Assembly (NCBI GenBank): GCA_047495785.1
Contig: JBLDXI010000054.1
Coordinates: 4,030,001 to 4,094,000 of the forward strand
Origin: Lepidodermella squamata
Lineage: Eukaryota > Animalia > Gastrotricha
DNA length: 64,000 nt
Reading direction: 5' to 3'
Shown: positions 1-12,491 of the stretch, one piece after another
Numbering within the stretch: position 1 is the stretch's first letter
Layout: every line of letters starts with the position of its first letter
Made by a program: the position numbers and the translations under genes
Notes under the pieces: model-generated
The model's database searches: none
The model's input: the letters and a program-made list of their open reading frames with translations, nothing else
Told to the model about the DNA's origin: nothing

Positions 1-47
1 TTATGTTTTGGGGAACTAACTGGGTGCTCAGGAAAACATTTGTCATT

Positions 48-535
48 TCCAGATTAAATAACATTGTTGAATTTTCCAGATGGTATCAAAGCTGAAGATG
101 AACTATAGAAGCGGGCGAGCTGAGAAAATTAACCTTTAATAAACTGCTTTCACTAATTTTTCGTAGCCAATATAAGTTATGTGGATCAAGCGGTGGCACT
201 TAGTCAAGGTTGTTGTCCTGGATTTGGTCTGTGCGGTGTTATGAACTGCTCGGTTGTGTATATAGTCCTGGTGATGCTGTTATATTATATTTGTGTGCGA
301 AATTCCCGATATGGCGTGTTCAACCTCTCCAGATTAAAATAACTTTCCAAGATGGTATCAAAGCGGAAGATGAACGCTGGGCGAGCTGAGAAAATTAACC
401 TTTCATTAACCGCTTTCACTAACTTGGTCTGTGCGTGGTTATAAACTGCTACCTATGTGTTGTATTTAGTCCTGGTGATGCTGTTATATTATATTTGCGT
501 GCGACATTCTCGATATGGTGTGTTCAACCTCTCGT
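48..535. repeat. Degenerate direct duplication (two copies, about 280 and 205 bp)
   Basis: Blocks such as gatggtatcaaagc.gaagatgaac, gggcgagctgagaaaattaacctt and tagtcctggtgatgctgttatattatatttg occur twice in the same order (about 48-330 and 329-535). Confidence 0.8.
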
Positions 536-869
536 TTCTACACATATTCATTCAATATTGTATTTTTGGTAAATTTAATCACGCCCAAACACTGGCAATG
601 CAAATCTATGATGCCTAATTTTTTATGTCTGCGGGACGTTCCTTTCAATTTCTGTGGCCTTTTCATCACATGACTTGTTTGCCAAAGAAATGGCAATATT
701 TTCAAATGCTGTTGTGCTCCATAATGCAAAGGTACCACTGATGTAACAATATCTGATATGCTGATCCTTTTGTATAACCTTTTTTCTGCGTAAATTTTTG
801 AAAGTGAAGCCTTGGGATATCCGTTGTTTTACAATTTGCTTTTTTGTAATTTTTAGATTTTTTTAATAA

Positions 870-1730
870 ATGGATTTATCCCCCGAGCAGAAGGAAGTGA
901 AAGATGAGACGAAAGTCAAGAGGACTCGAAATAGACTTGAAGCTTTAGAGCCAAGTTTTCAAGCCTTCGATGCTGAGCTGGAAGCTCTTAAAGGCGACCT
1001 GACCCTACTAGTCAATCAATTCGCATCGATGCAAACGCCTGATTACGTTAATTTCGTCAGCGTTTGGGCAGAAATGCGAATGGCCGAGATGATTGTCATT
1101 GCAACCGGTCAGAGACCGAACCGAGAGTTGCGTTTCATCTTGGAATTGGCACTCGAGCATGTCGCTAGTCTATTCGCAGAATCGACAGACAATAATTGGC
1201 GGCATTACGGCGCTTTCTATCTCATGTATTCGATGTATTTCATTCAGCCGACCATTCCGAAAATCAAAATTCGCTTCACAATTGAAATGTGGGAGACGAT
1301 GAAGAGGCTGGTGGAGGACGCGATGGCTAATGAACAGTGGGACATGGTTTACGTAGGCGCGGCTTTGCTTGAGGCTGACGCTTTTCATTTTGTAGCGACT
1401 CGAGACCCGTTAGTGCCACTCATGAACAACCGTCGAGCGATGAAATTCAAGCGGGCGACTGATAAGGGGGCAACTGCGACTGCTGGAGTTGTTGAACCCC
1501 CGGCGACTAGTGCTGAAAAGGCGGTCTCGATTGAGGCGTTGCTAAAACGGTTATCCCGGGATACAGATGAATTCGAACTTGCTCAAGGTGAATACCTGGA
1601 GGCGAAACAAGCGTTAGGATCTCTCAGATTGCCAGGTCTCGACCGCGTACCGGATACTGGCATCGGAAAAGACGTTTTAGCGAAAATTCGGCGGCTTGCG
1701 GATACCTCTTTTCTATCATCTTCAAAATGA
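870..1730 (+). CDS. SNAPC1: snRNA-activating protein complex subunit 1 (SNAP43), single exon
   Basis: 286-aa ORF with SNAP43-like motifs FVSVWAEM, YGAFYLMYSMYFIQP..KIKIR and AFHFVA. An acceptor-like TTTTTAG lies just upstream of the ATG. Confidence 0.8.
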   Translation: MDLSPEQKEVKDETKVKRTRNRLEALEPSFQAFDAELEALKGDLTLLVNQFASMQTPDYVNFVSVWAEMRMAEMIVIATGQRPNRELRFILELALEHVASLFAESTDNNWRHYGAFYLMYSMYFIQPTIPKIKIRFTIEMWETMKRLVEDAMANEQWDMVYVGAALLEADAFHFVATRDPLVPLMNNRRAMKFKRATDKGATATAGVVEPPATSAEKAVSIEALLKRLSRDTDEFELAQGEYLEAKQALGSLRLPGLDRVPDTGIGKDVLAKIRRLADTSFLSSSK

Positions 1731-1842
1731 ACAGCTCAATCGATCTTTTTTTACTGTGAATATAACGACCTTATTTCAATGCGCCGTGTTTCTTCTATTG
1801 TAGGTGACTTTTAACCAAGTGTGATAGTCAACTGCTGCGACA

Positions 1843-3820
1843 ATGGTCACCATTGTCAATTCGGTCGATACGACCCATGAGGACATGGTGGTAAGTATTT
1901 TTTATTTCTTGAAAAATTCTCATTGAATGCGATTATAAAGTAACAAGATTCAAGAACGTTAGAAACTAAACCTGTCTCTAATCCGCCTCTCTGAAAAGTA
2001 AAATTTCCGTGTAAAAATGGGCGTGCCAAGAATTTGAAGCTCCAGCGCTAAATGCTCCTGAAATATGGGTTTTTGAGTTTCACATAGCATCTAAATGCAT
2101 TAGTATTCGCCTGTATCTGTACTAACAACCGTATTTTACCCTGCCAGCGGGCAGTTTTTGAACTAGACGTCTTCTTACGGAGACAAATCGATTCCAAGTA
2201 TCGATTTGATAAATCAATGATTTTCCCGATATAAGCTATCTTGGAAGCCAGCATTGATGATGTTTCTAGCTAGCTGATGGTTCCAGGTAGCTAGAATCTC
2301 AGGGCAGTAAGATGCATCATCCGCGATCATGAAAAGATTAAGCGGAAATAGCAAAGAATCGGCCAAATTTAGTGCTAACGCTGCAATTTTCGTGGTTCGA
2401 GCCGTGAAAATAGCGGTTCGAAACTGTTAAAAAGTAGCAATCGAAGCATAAACTTGGCTAAACAAAGTTTCTATCTAGCTTGGATAGATAGCATTAATAT
2501 TCCGTTTCCTCGTCGAATTCTCTTTGCCTCTTGAATTTTTTTATTAATAACTTTAAGGTGGCTCGAAATTTGAATTTCAGGGTAAATTGATTGAGATGTG
2601 TTAATTTTGTTTTTCAGCACGATGCTCAAATGGACTTTTACGGGACGAAGTTGGCGACGTGCTCGTCGGACAAGACGATAAAGATCTTCAGCTGCACGGG
2701 CGGGCACAGCCAGCACCAGAACACGTCGTCGCTGATCACGGAGCTGCGCGGCCACGAGGGCCACGTGTGGCAGATCGCGTGGGCGCACCCGATGTACGGC
2801 AGCGTGCTGGCGTCGTGCGGCTACGACAAGCGCGTCATCGTGTGGAAGGAGCAGACGCCGGACGGCTCCGCCTTCGCCACTGGCCAGGTCGCCGCGCCCA
2901 AGTGGGAGAAGATCTACGAGTACAAGGAGCACCTCTCCTCCGTCAACTCGGTCTGCTGGGCGCCGTACGACGTCGGCCTCGTGCTGGCGGCCGGCAGCTC
3001 GGACGGCTCCATCTCCGTGCACACGTACCAACAGGGCGACGGCTCGTGGGAGGTGCGCCGCATCCCGAACGCGCACGCGCTCGGCTGCAACGCCGTGTCG
3101 TGGGCGCCGTCCACGCCCGCCAACGCCATGATCGACGCCCTGGCGGCGGCCGCGGCGCCGAGCTCGTCGACGAGCGACGCGTCGTCGTCGGTCGCCACCG
3201 CCGGCCTGCAGCAGGTCAAGAAGATCGTGTCGGGCGGGTGCGACAAGCTGGTCAAGATCTGGGCGTGCAAGGCGGGCAGCGGCGAGTGGGAGTGCGAGGA
3301 GAAGCTGGAGGCGCACTCGGACTGGGTGCGCGACGTGGCGTGGGCGCCGTCGATCGGGCTGCCGCGCTCGCTGATCGCGTCCTGCGGCCAGGACAAGGCC
3401 GTGTACCTGTGGGAGAAGGACGCGCAGACGGGCAAGTGGAACAGCCGGCTGCTGCACGCGTTCCCCGACGTCATCTACCACCTGTCGTGGTCGCTGCTAG
3501 GCAACGTGCTCGCCGTGTCGTCCGGCGACAATACGGTCACGCTGTGGAAGGAGATGACCAACGGCGAGTGGGCGTGCGTCGCCACCGACGTCGGCAAGGC
3601 CGTGCACGGCGGCGCGTCGTCGACGGCCGGCGACCAGCCTGCTGCCGTGCCGGAACAGGCACCCTCCGCTGCTCAACAGGCGCCGGCGGCTCAGCAGCAG
3701 CAACACCGCCAGCATGCTCATCACCACCCGCAACATCAACAACAACAACAGCAACAACCTCAGTACCACCATCAGCAGCAGCAGCAGCAACCCATGATGT
3801 CGGCAGGCGGCATGCAGTGA
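1843..3820 (+). CDS. SEC13: Protein transport protein SEC13 (WD40); exons 1843-1890 and 2618-3820
   Basis: Exon 1 encodes MVTIVNSVDTTHEDMV then GTAAGT. TTTTCAG at 2617 joins it to HDAQMDFYGTKLATCSSD. Typical AWAHPMYG, LEAHSDWVRDVAWAPSIGLP and SSGDNTVTLWKE motifs follow. Confidence 0.95.
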
Positions 3821-5904
3821 CGACTTCTTTCATCTTAAAATATATACCTAAAATTGCGTGTAACCCAGTTCGAAGAAACAAAAATTAATGTGCATTTCAG
3901 CTGCTTTCAATTCAGTTGTGCGTTCGTAATTAAATATTTGGTGACTGATGTTGAATAAAAACTACTGCTACGGAATACTATGATTTATTTTCACGAAAAA
4001 CTCCGAAATTGACCTTCTTGTTTTCCATCAACTACATGAGGGGTAAAACAATTCGAAATTTGAAATTGAGGGACAAGAAGGTCGGGTCAATAAGAGCTCT
4101 TCGAAGTGCTCTTACCTGTAACGACCATCCCATACAACATACCGATCGAACCCTGCCGAAACGAAAAATGTTCTAGGCATGAAAATCTGATCGTTTGTTT
4201 CTTGGTCAAAATATATTGCAATCAAAAAAGATGTCCCAATAGATACCTAATTAGAGACAGACAGATGTACCGCAGTGATCACGTTTAGGATTTAGCTTCG
4301 GCTTTAATCAAATATTCCGGTCTTCTTGGACAGTCAATCAACCGCCTTCCAGCCTTCCAGCTGTTATCGATTCCAAGGGCTATCCAATCAGCCATTAATC
4401 CCGAAATCGTTTCAAAGATTTAACTTGTTTTTTTTAGTAAGATTTAAGTGCAAAAATATGAAATAAAGTGGTCCTGGGCTCAGAAATAGGATCTTTCGTA
4501 TTTTTGACTTTTCATTGTTTTTGAGGCGCAATCAATTTGGCAGTACGTGTATTAGCTTTTCTTTTAGATCAATTTAGGGCGTCGTCTCTGCAAAATTCAA
4601 TAATGCAGTATATTCAGGTGGCTTCACTTTGACATTGCAGTGCAGTCTGGTATTTTGCTTTCCCGTCTGGGGCAAGAGCAGATCGATACGCCACGCCGAT
4701 GAATCAGGTGCGAATTCCAGACGCATGTCGGCGTGAAAATATGATTCAAACTAATACTTTTCATCTAATTTTTCAAGCTGCAGTTCAGAATTTTGGTTAC
4801 CATAGGATTGTATAGTGATTTTTTACGCGCATCCGATGATAGCAATGCGTGCATGTGTTAGAATGACAATTCTACTGCGATGAGCTAGCGACAAATTGAC
4901 ACGCGCGTGTGTGTGTATGTATTCGCGCGTATCGATCGGCGGTAGCTGCTGCTGTTGACTGGCTGGAATGCTGCTGCGGCTGAAGTAATTGACAGGCAGG
5001 TGCCGAAAGCAGCTTTTCGTGACGGCGCGTTTTTGTTTGCCTGCGATTTTCGCTCATCGTCGCACACACACACGACTCACAGGTGCGTCGAATCGGCTGT
5101 TGGGCAACAGCTACAAATGCTTGCATTTTTTACCACATCACGGCTCTGTGACAGCAATAATTACTACCCACACTTCATTTATTAGTGATATGCTAAGCAG
5201 TATACATGACTTATGACTTGGGACTTAGGAGGGTATAAAAAGCTTGAAGCATTTAATGAATGCTATAGTTCGCACCTAATAGGCAACGAATCTCCATGCA
5301 GTGATGACTTGGTTAGTATCTCCACAGTCGTGAGCATATATATTACATAATTGGCAAGTGAGCTAATTATTTCCACCCTTAGCATGCATTTTTATTTCAA
5401 GTCAGCCCCCTGAATCGTTCGACGGTCGAGAAAATTTTGGGCGAATTGAAACGTCGCTTTGTTAAAAGGTCTGAGATATCACCTAAACAAAAAAAATAGT
5501 CCAAACAAAAAAACTAGTTAGCACACAAGTGCGGTACACATCGTAATACGAATCCGTTTATACTTATGTGTTGTACCTAGATGTTTTAGTGAATTAGTTA
5601 ACGCCCTACACCTTGTAACTAAAGAGAGGCTAGAAGGCTTTCCCAATATTTCACCTTGAGTTGTTGAGTTATCGATAACACAACTCATTTTCATTCGATT
5701 TTATTGTTGCAAGAGACAAGGGAGATTAGGCTTGTGTGAAGAATAGTGTGCGGCGTCTCATATTTTAAGCTTAATAAGTTGCATCTTTCTTCGCCACATT
5801 TCTATAGCATGAAATTCGTTTAAAAATAGCTAAAAATTACTTATAACGTTTTGCCGGACGTGGCGGTTGCCGGCAAGCTGCATCAAGATTGGACTGTTGG
5901 GTTG

Positions 5905-7251
5905 ATGCGGCGATGCAAGGCTTTCCTAACCGCTTTCATCGTCGTATCGCTGATTTTTCACATCACTCTCCTGATATATCGGCCATCTGAAACACCAACG
6001 CTTTTTATTCAACACGAATGCCCAAGCCCTGGAGTGGATGTTTCAAATTTTACGACAAGTACAACCGCTGAACCCGTGCAAAAAGCTGCAAGTTGCGACA
6101 CATTTTACAAATGGGGCATCGACTTGGACCTGCTACTGCCTGTTCCACCAAGTGACCATGGTCTCGATGAGCTGAAACGCTTCATTTTACCATCGCTCCT
6201 GCTGTTTTGGCCAACCGAGAGCCTAAGACTGCAGTTCATCACTGATGGTGAAGCGAAAGACGTGGGTGTTTTCGCAGACAAATTACGAGCGCTTGAAATC
6301 GTGCCTAACGTAACTCTCTCCAATGAAGCAGTGATACGTGTGGCGTACAATTTTCCAACGCTGCCGCTAGGACGTGGATGGGACCGCCAGCAGTGGGTCA
6401 TGTTTTGGGCCGATAATTTTACCAGCTCAGAATACGTCGGTTTTCTGGATAGCGATGCCGTTTTTACAACTCGCGTGAGTCCTTACGACTTGTTCGTCGA
6501 TGGTCGGCCCATCATTCGGGCTCTTTTCGGAAAACCCTACGATCCAAGCTGGTGGGCGCAGGTCCCTAAGGTTACAAATGAAGCGATAGGGAAACTAGGT
6601 TTGCACTTATTTATCCACCGCTAATAAATTCGTTTATGAATTTGTTTAGAGCCGATGAACTGTATGTCGTATTTCCCGGTCATATACAAGACTAAGCACC
6701 TGAAACCGATGCGGGAGCACATCCGGCAACAACTGAAGAAAGCCACATTTGACGAAGCGTTTGCTCACATTGCCTCGCGGTCAATCTACTCTCAGTTTAA
6801 TTTGATGTGTGCCTATTTGTGGTATTATCAGCGAGACGACTACTATTGGACTATTCGAGAACGTGAACCAGGTTGGAAAGGTCCTTTTGCCCAAGGTCAA
6901 GCGTCGAATCCTGCCGAACTGGGTCTGAACAAAACGTTGTTTGAGAGGCAACGTCCGGCTTTGTCTGTTCACTGGAACTACGAGGCCTTCAAGGGAGAAC
7001 AAAACGCCATGAAAACTTTGCTCAGGAGCGGCGTCTGCTACTCAATGAGCGAAACTGAGAGTGGCCGGCCTCAATTTTGCGCAACTAACTCAACCCGAAC
7101 CTACACGCTCAATCCTTACGAGTGGACGTTCGAAGGATACACCTTCATGTGGAACAAAACCCTGACACTGGCCGCCCATCAGGAACGCCTTAGAACCTTG
7201 GACAGATGTCCCCACAAGTGGAATCTCAAGCTGATACAACATCTCTTATAA
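5905..7251 (+). CDS. Putative type II membrane glycosyltransferase-like protein, copy A; intron 6599-6649
   Basis: N-terminal hydrophobic anchor (AFLTAFIVVSLIFHITLLIY) and WDRQQW...YVGFLDSDAVF DxD motif. A 51-nt phase-1 intron joins the two ORFs as GKL-EPMNCM. Confidence 0.75.
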
Positions 7252-7736
7252 CTTCTGCCTGACATATTATATGTATATAGTAACAAATTTTAAATGTGCT
7301 ATGATCGCGAGCATTGCTAAAAATGACTATATTCGAAGAATGATAAAAAAGTAAATGCGCCGTATTAAAAAATGCTCCTCGTTGAACAAGCTTAATACGA
7401 ATTAGGGAAAGTCAGTTGAATCAAATTAGCTCAGTGGCGTATCGGATAGACCTGGGAGCATTTCGTTAACGTCGTTGAATATCTCGGATTTATGCCAGAT
7501 AACAGTCAGGAGTGCCGGATTTTACACTTGTTTTTACATCCCTTTCAAGGTAATAAGTAAAAAATTCTTTGTTTTTGCCTCTTCATTCACGTTAAAAAGC
7601 CGCGTTTTACTTGTCACCCGTGACCTTGAAACGGATGCAAAAAAGCCTATATCGGAGTTATTCAACGAAGCTAACGATTGTGGCTCTAATGGATTCACAA
7701 CTTTATTCTAGGTCTTATCACCATATAATTTAACTA

Positions 7737-8157
7737 GGGCAAGGTTACCTAGATATGCATAAAACTGCATTTGAATTTGAAACACTTGTCATTCCATAAC
7801 TCTGTTTCAAGTCACAATGTGTCACGCACTTTTTCTCTTCAGCGTGTTTCAAAGTACTTTTCCTCAAAGCGGTAGCCCGAAATCGCCCAAATTATTTACG
7901 AGCGATGCAGTTTACGTTCAGAAGTGAAGCTTTTATGCAAATTTAGGGCACCGTCAGCCAGTTTTCAACTTTTCCCTTTTTCACCTTGAGCAACGATGGC
8001 TTGCTAACGGTGAGGAATTAGCTCATGAGATTTTGTGGGCTTACTCAAATGGGTTTCGATTGTTGATGACCAAAATATGAGCTAGGGTTATGGCTATCTC
8101 ATGGTTATGGAATGAAAAGTAGAAATTTTTTATGCATATTTAGGTATAACCTTACCG
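7737..8157. mobile_element. MITE, Tc1/mariner-type, TA-flanked
   Basis: Imperfect ~30-bp TIRs: ta|gggcaaggttacctagatatgcataaaa and ttttatgcatatttaggtataaccttaccg|ta. Confidence 0.65.
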
Positions 8158-8354
8158 TACTTAATAATTATACCATATTTCTCAGCCCGCGAATTATGCC
8201 AATGCCATCCATCTGGCCAATCCAATGGCTATATCAGCTGCTTACAATCGTAGTGTAATTACATCGTCGAAAACGCCGGCTAATAACGGACAACAGTCAG
8301 GCGGCAACAATTTTTCCAGAGGTTGAGATTGAAATTTTGTGAAAAGTGCGAGAA

Positions 8355-9430
8355 ATGGTCGACTCGCCATTTTATGTTATATGCACAACCGTGACTGCTC
8401 TCTTCGCTTTCATTGCGCTGTTCGTGCAAATATTCTTCCTGTCTTGGGCTGTTACCAGTTACCCAGTCCTACTCACCCGGAAGTGTCCGAACCGTGATGA
8501 TCACATTGTAGATCCTCTGCAATCATCAGATGAGCATCACGAAGCATGTGAGATCGACCTTGAATTCTTGCTGCCGCTGCCGCCTAATGACAAAAGCCTG
8601 GCCGACGTGAAGCGCATCGCTATGACGCCTTCAGCATTAAATGTGAAACACGACAGTCTTATCAGGTTGCTTTTTATAACCGACGGAGACATGGAGAATG
8701 TCGGCATCTTTGCTAACAGACTTCGAGCGCTTTTTTCGAATGATTCGGAGAGTAACAGCAGAACTAAAACACTAGTGAGCTACAATTTCCCAACTGTACA
8801 GCTGCGGCTCTGGGACCGCCATCAGTGGGTTCTATTTTGGGCTGATAATTTTACAACTTCAGAATACGTAGGCTTCATCGATACTGATTCCGTTTTTGAT
8901 GCCACAAATAGCGAAAAGTTTTCGCTCACTTATTACCGACCTATGGTCCGGATATTTCTCGGATTAACCTATAATCCTAACTGGCGGCCTCGGGCAGCTC
9001 ACGATTTCATGCGAACACTAGGTTTTTTTTTAAATAATTTTCCAACAGCTCATCACTTGAAATGCTTCTTCAGGTTTATGGCAAGGAAACTGTCAGTCTC
9101 GCTCCCCATTTATTATCAGAACTGAAAGCTTGAAGTCGATTCGAGAATTCATACGAAAGAATCTCAACAAAACGACATTGGATGAAGCATTTTCTCATAT
9201 TGTTTCTCGTGGCAGCTATTCAGCATTTGATATAATGTGTGCTTATATGTGGCACTTCCACCGTGATGAACATCATTGGGGGATTTTGAATATGTAGCGC
9301 TAATGTAGCGATTATTTTCTCTGGATTCTTTCTATATAGCTGTTTGTAAACCGGCCCTGAAAAAAATAAAGATGGACTCTTTTTCAGCGACATGCCAGTT
9401 TACATTTCGTCCGTTTCGGCTGCAGCGTAC
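8355..9430 (+). pseudogene. Divergent glycosyltransferase-like paralog B, truncated; intron 9022-9073
   Basis: Has WDRHQWVLFWADNFTTSEYVGFIDTDSVF and the same intron position. Exon 2 reads ...DEAFSHIVSRGSYSAFDIMCAYMW... and stops at 9297, about 125 codons earlier than the intact copies, with decayed homology beyond. Confidence 0.65.
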
Positions 9431-9942
9431 CATGCCCTTGAAACTGATTGTGCTATTTATTTATGATTTCCGAATACACCTGATATGTGATCGAAAGATT
9501 CGCGAATCCACCGGGAAAACTTCAGTGGTCATTACCAAAAACTAAAAATTGAAGCCCATCGTGAGAGTGTAATTTAGTTTCAGGCATTCTTCCGTTTAAA
9601 AAATAATGTTTGCATCCATTCTGGAAAAATAAAAGCGTTGTCTTACCAATAAAAGAAGCAGTTAAAATGTGCAAAAGTCGTGGAATGATTGTGAAAGTGA
9701 AAATTGGGAAAATAAGTTGAATTTTGTCAAATGCACAGAAAACATTTGTGAAAAGTGCCACCAATCGCCATTGTTTTTGCCGAAATCGATTTTTTTTAAT
9801 TTCTGAAAACACTTTCTCTCATCTCACATTCAAATAGCCCAATTTATATGCGCGTCGCATTAATTACCAAGCCTACCATGCGACCATAATATATTGCCAT
9901 TCGCGCAATGCTTCAGACTTCAGACTTTATATAAGTTTTAAG

Positions 9943-11301
9943 ATGAGTTTTAACGGCAGTTTTAAAATACATAAGACAGCACTACTTTTCCAAAAATACA
10001 GGTGCTTGATTTTCGGTTTCGTTGTGATTACTCTGCTCATCCTCGTTTTCCTCATCAACCGACCCTCCAGTTCTAAAACACTCATAAGCTTCAAAGTTAC
10101 ATGTAGCTCGAATGGAAAATCGAAGATGAATGTGGACGATGGGTGCAGCAACTTTTACAACTGGGGCGCCGACCTCGAATTATTCTTACCAGTGCCGCCG
10201 AATGACGAAGGCCTGGACGAGCTGAACCGCTTCATAGTCCCATCTCTTTCGCTATTTTGGCCAACCGACAACCTCAAGCTGCTGTTCATCACTGACGGTG
10301 AAGCGAGAAACGTAGGGGTTTTCGCAGACAAATTACGAACGCTTGAAATTATGCCCGGAGAATCTCTCAGCGACAAAGCTCGCATCCGAGTAGCATACAA
10401 CTATCCAGTTCTGGGTATCAACGGTGGATGGCACCGTCAACAATGGCTCATGTTTTGGGCAGATAATTTTACCAGTTCCGAATACGTCGGTTTCCTGGAC
10501 AGCGATGCTGTTTTTACGACTCGCGTGACTCCGTACGACCTGTTCGTCGGTGGTCGGCCGATCATTCGGGCTCTTTTCGGGAAGCCGTTCCATTCTGACT
10601 GGTGGAAGCAAGTCCCCAAAATGACGAATGAAGCGATAGGGAAAAAAGGTTTGCTATTTAATAGCCGTCATGGTTAATTTCGTCAATGAATTTGTTTAGA
10701 GCCGATGAACTGTATGTCTTACTTCCCGGTCATATACAAGACGAAGCACCTGAAGCCGATGCGTGAGCACATCCGGCAACAACTCAAGAAAGCCACATTT
10801 GACGAAGCATTTGCTCACATTGCCTCGCGGTCAATCTACTCCCAGTTCAACATAATGTGTGCCTATTTGTGGTATTACCAGCGAGACGACTATTATTGGA
10901 CTATTCGAGAGCGTGAACCTGGTTGGAAAGGTCCTTTTGTCCTCGGCCAACCGTCGAATCCAGCCGAGGTGGGTCTCGACCAAAAGTTTTTCGAGAGGCA
11001 ACGTCCTGCCATGGCTGTTCACTGGAACCACGAGGCTTTCAAGGGAGAACAAAACGTCATGAAAACACTGCTCAGGACAGGCGTTTGCTACTCGATGAGC
11101 GAAACTGAGAGTGGCCGGCCTCAATTTTGCGCAACTAACTCAAATCGAACCGACACGCTCAATCCTTACGAGTGGACGTTTGAGGGCTACACCTTCATGT
11201 GGAACAAAACCCTGACACTGGCCGCTCATCAAGAACGCCTTCGAACCTTGGACAGATGCCCGCATAAATGGAATCACGCGCTGATACAACATCTGTTATA
11301 A
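9943..11301 (+). CDS. Putative glycosyltransferase-like protein, copy C; intron 10649-10699
   Basis: Close paralog of copy A with the TM anchor, DSD motif and the same intron. Confidence 0.75.
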
Positions 11302-11464
11302 CGTCTGCTTGACACATAGTGTATTTATAATGTGTTATGATCGCGAGCATTGCCAAATATATGCTATTCGAAGAATGATAAAATGAAACACGCCGTATTA
11401 AAACATGCTCCTCATCCAATAAGCTAGATAAAAGATGATGACTCAAAAATGAAAAACCAGTCGC

Positions 11465-11510
11465 CTAATCCGACATGTTTCAGCTTTTATTCAGCCATCT
11501 TCAGGGTCTG
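11465..11510 (-). ncRNA. Minimal type I hammerhead ribozyme in a Penelope-like terminal remnant
   Basis: Minus strand reads agacc CTGAAGA t ggct-gaataaa-agct GAAAC ATGT C ggat. It has the full core, stem II, palindromic ACATGT stem III and a GUC cleavage triplet. Confidence 0.75.
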
Positions 11511-12491
11511 ACAACAAGTAAGGAAATCAACAATCAAGTTTCGAGACTAATATTAAAACAAGTTTACCAATTTTGTCACCAATCGATTTTCGTGTAAGAT
11601 CAAAAATTAATCAAAAGAATCAAAGACGGAAATCATGATCTATTAAAATTAATTGTATGAGTAATTATTTGTTACAGTAGTTATTAAGGCTAGGGTTAAG
11701 AGCTTGGATATGCTGACCGGCTGTGCCGACAGCGGATACCACGGGTACAACGACGGGTTGGGCGGCTGCCAGCGTGGCTTCGGCTACCTCGAGGTTGCCC
11801 AGACCTCCTTATCTGCTGCTGCTCAGCGTCTATGTGATGTTCGGGTAAATAACCGAGCCGAACCGATAACGATTTTTGCCGCTGATCGACAGATGAGGGG
11901 GCACAGGTGTTTCAGCAAAAAAATTCGAAATGGTCACGAAAAATGACATGATATGAAAATGTATTGGTACGAAAAGGTATGAATTTGCGGGTACGAACTT
12001 ACCCTAAATCAATACACGCGTCATTGCATCAGGATTCCAAATATATAATTCCAAATTCATCATTTTGATTATCTTGAAAGTAATTATTGAAGTAAAAGGC
12101 AATTAGCACAGCTAATTCGCCTTACAATGGGCGATGGCTGCGCTGTGCTGATGAAATAACAACAATTCATTCATTTTTCGCGAGCAGAATCACGTTTATA
12201 GCGCAATTTTTGCAAAGCGAACAATTTTGAGGAATGCCGAGTCCATCTATTATCTACTCCATCTACTAGTACCAAGGTTTTCGACCATTTTTTGCGCTTT
12301 TCATAAAACTTCTATCTCAAACTCTGGAAAAATTGTTGTTCACTGCCGAATGTCCTCTGTTGTCTGTTATAAGCCGGAAGCCGGTGTTCCGGACGATGTA
12401 ATTTGGATCAGGAACATGTTTTAATTCGGCGCGTTTCATTTTATCATTCTTCGAATAGCATATATTTGGCAATGCTCGCGTTCATAACATA

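Noticed and set aside
2471-3888. Long overlapping alternative-frame and antisense ORFs over SEC13 (also over CAPS)
   Set aside because: Shadow ORFs caused by very high GC3 depleting stop codons; Arg-rich and without motifs.
4995-5014. CAGGTGCCGAAAGCAGC resembling SRP helix 8
   Set aside because: Lacks the correct tetraloop and internal-loop spacing and has no Alu domain.
7426-7460. TAGCTCAGTGG tRNA A-box-like motif
   Set aside because: No cloverleaf or B-box. CAGTGGCGTA is more likely a DNA-transposon end.
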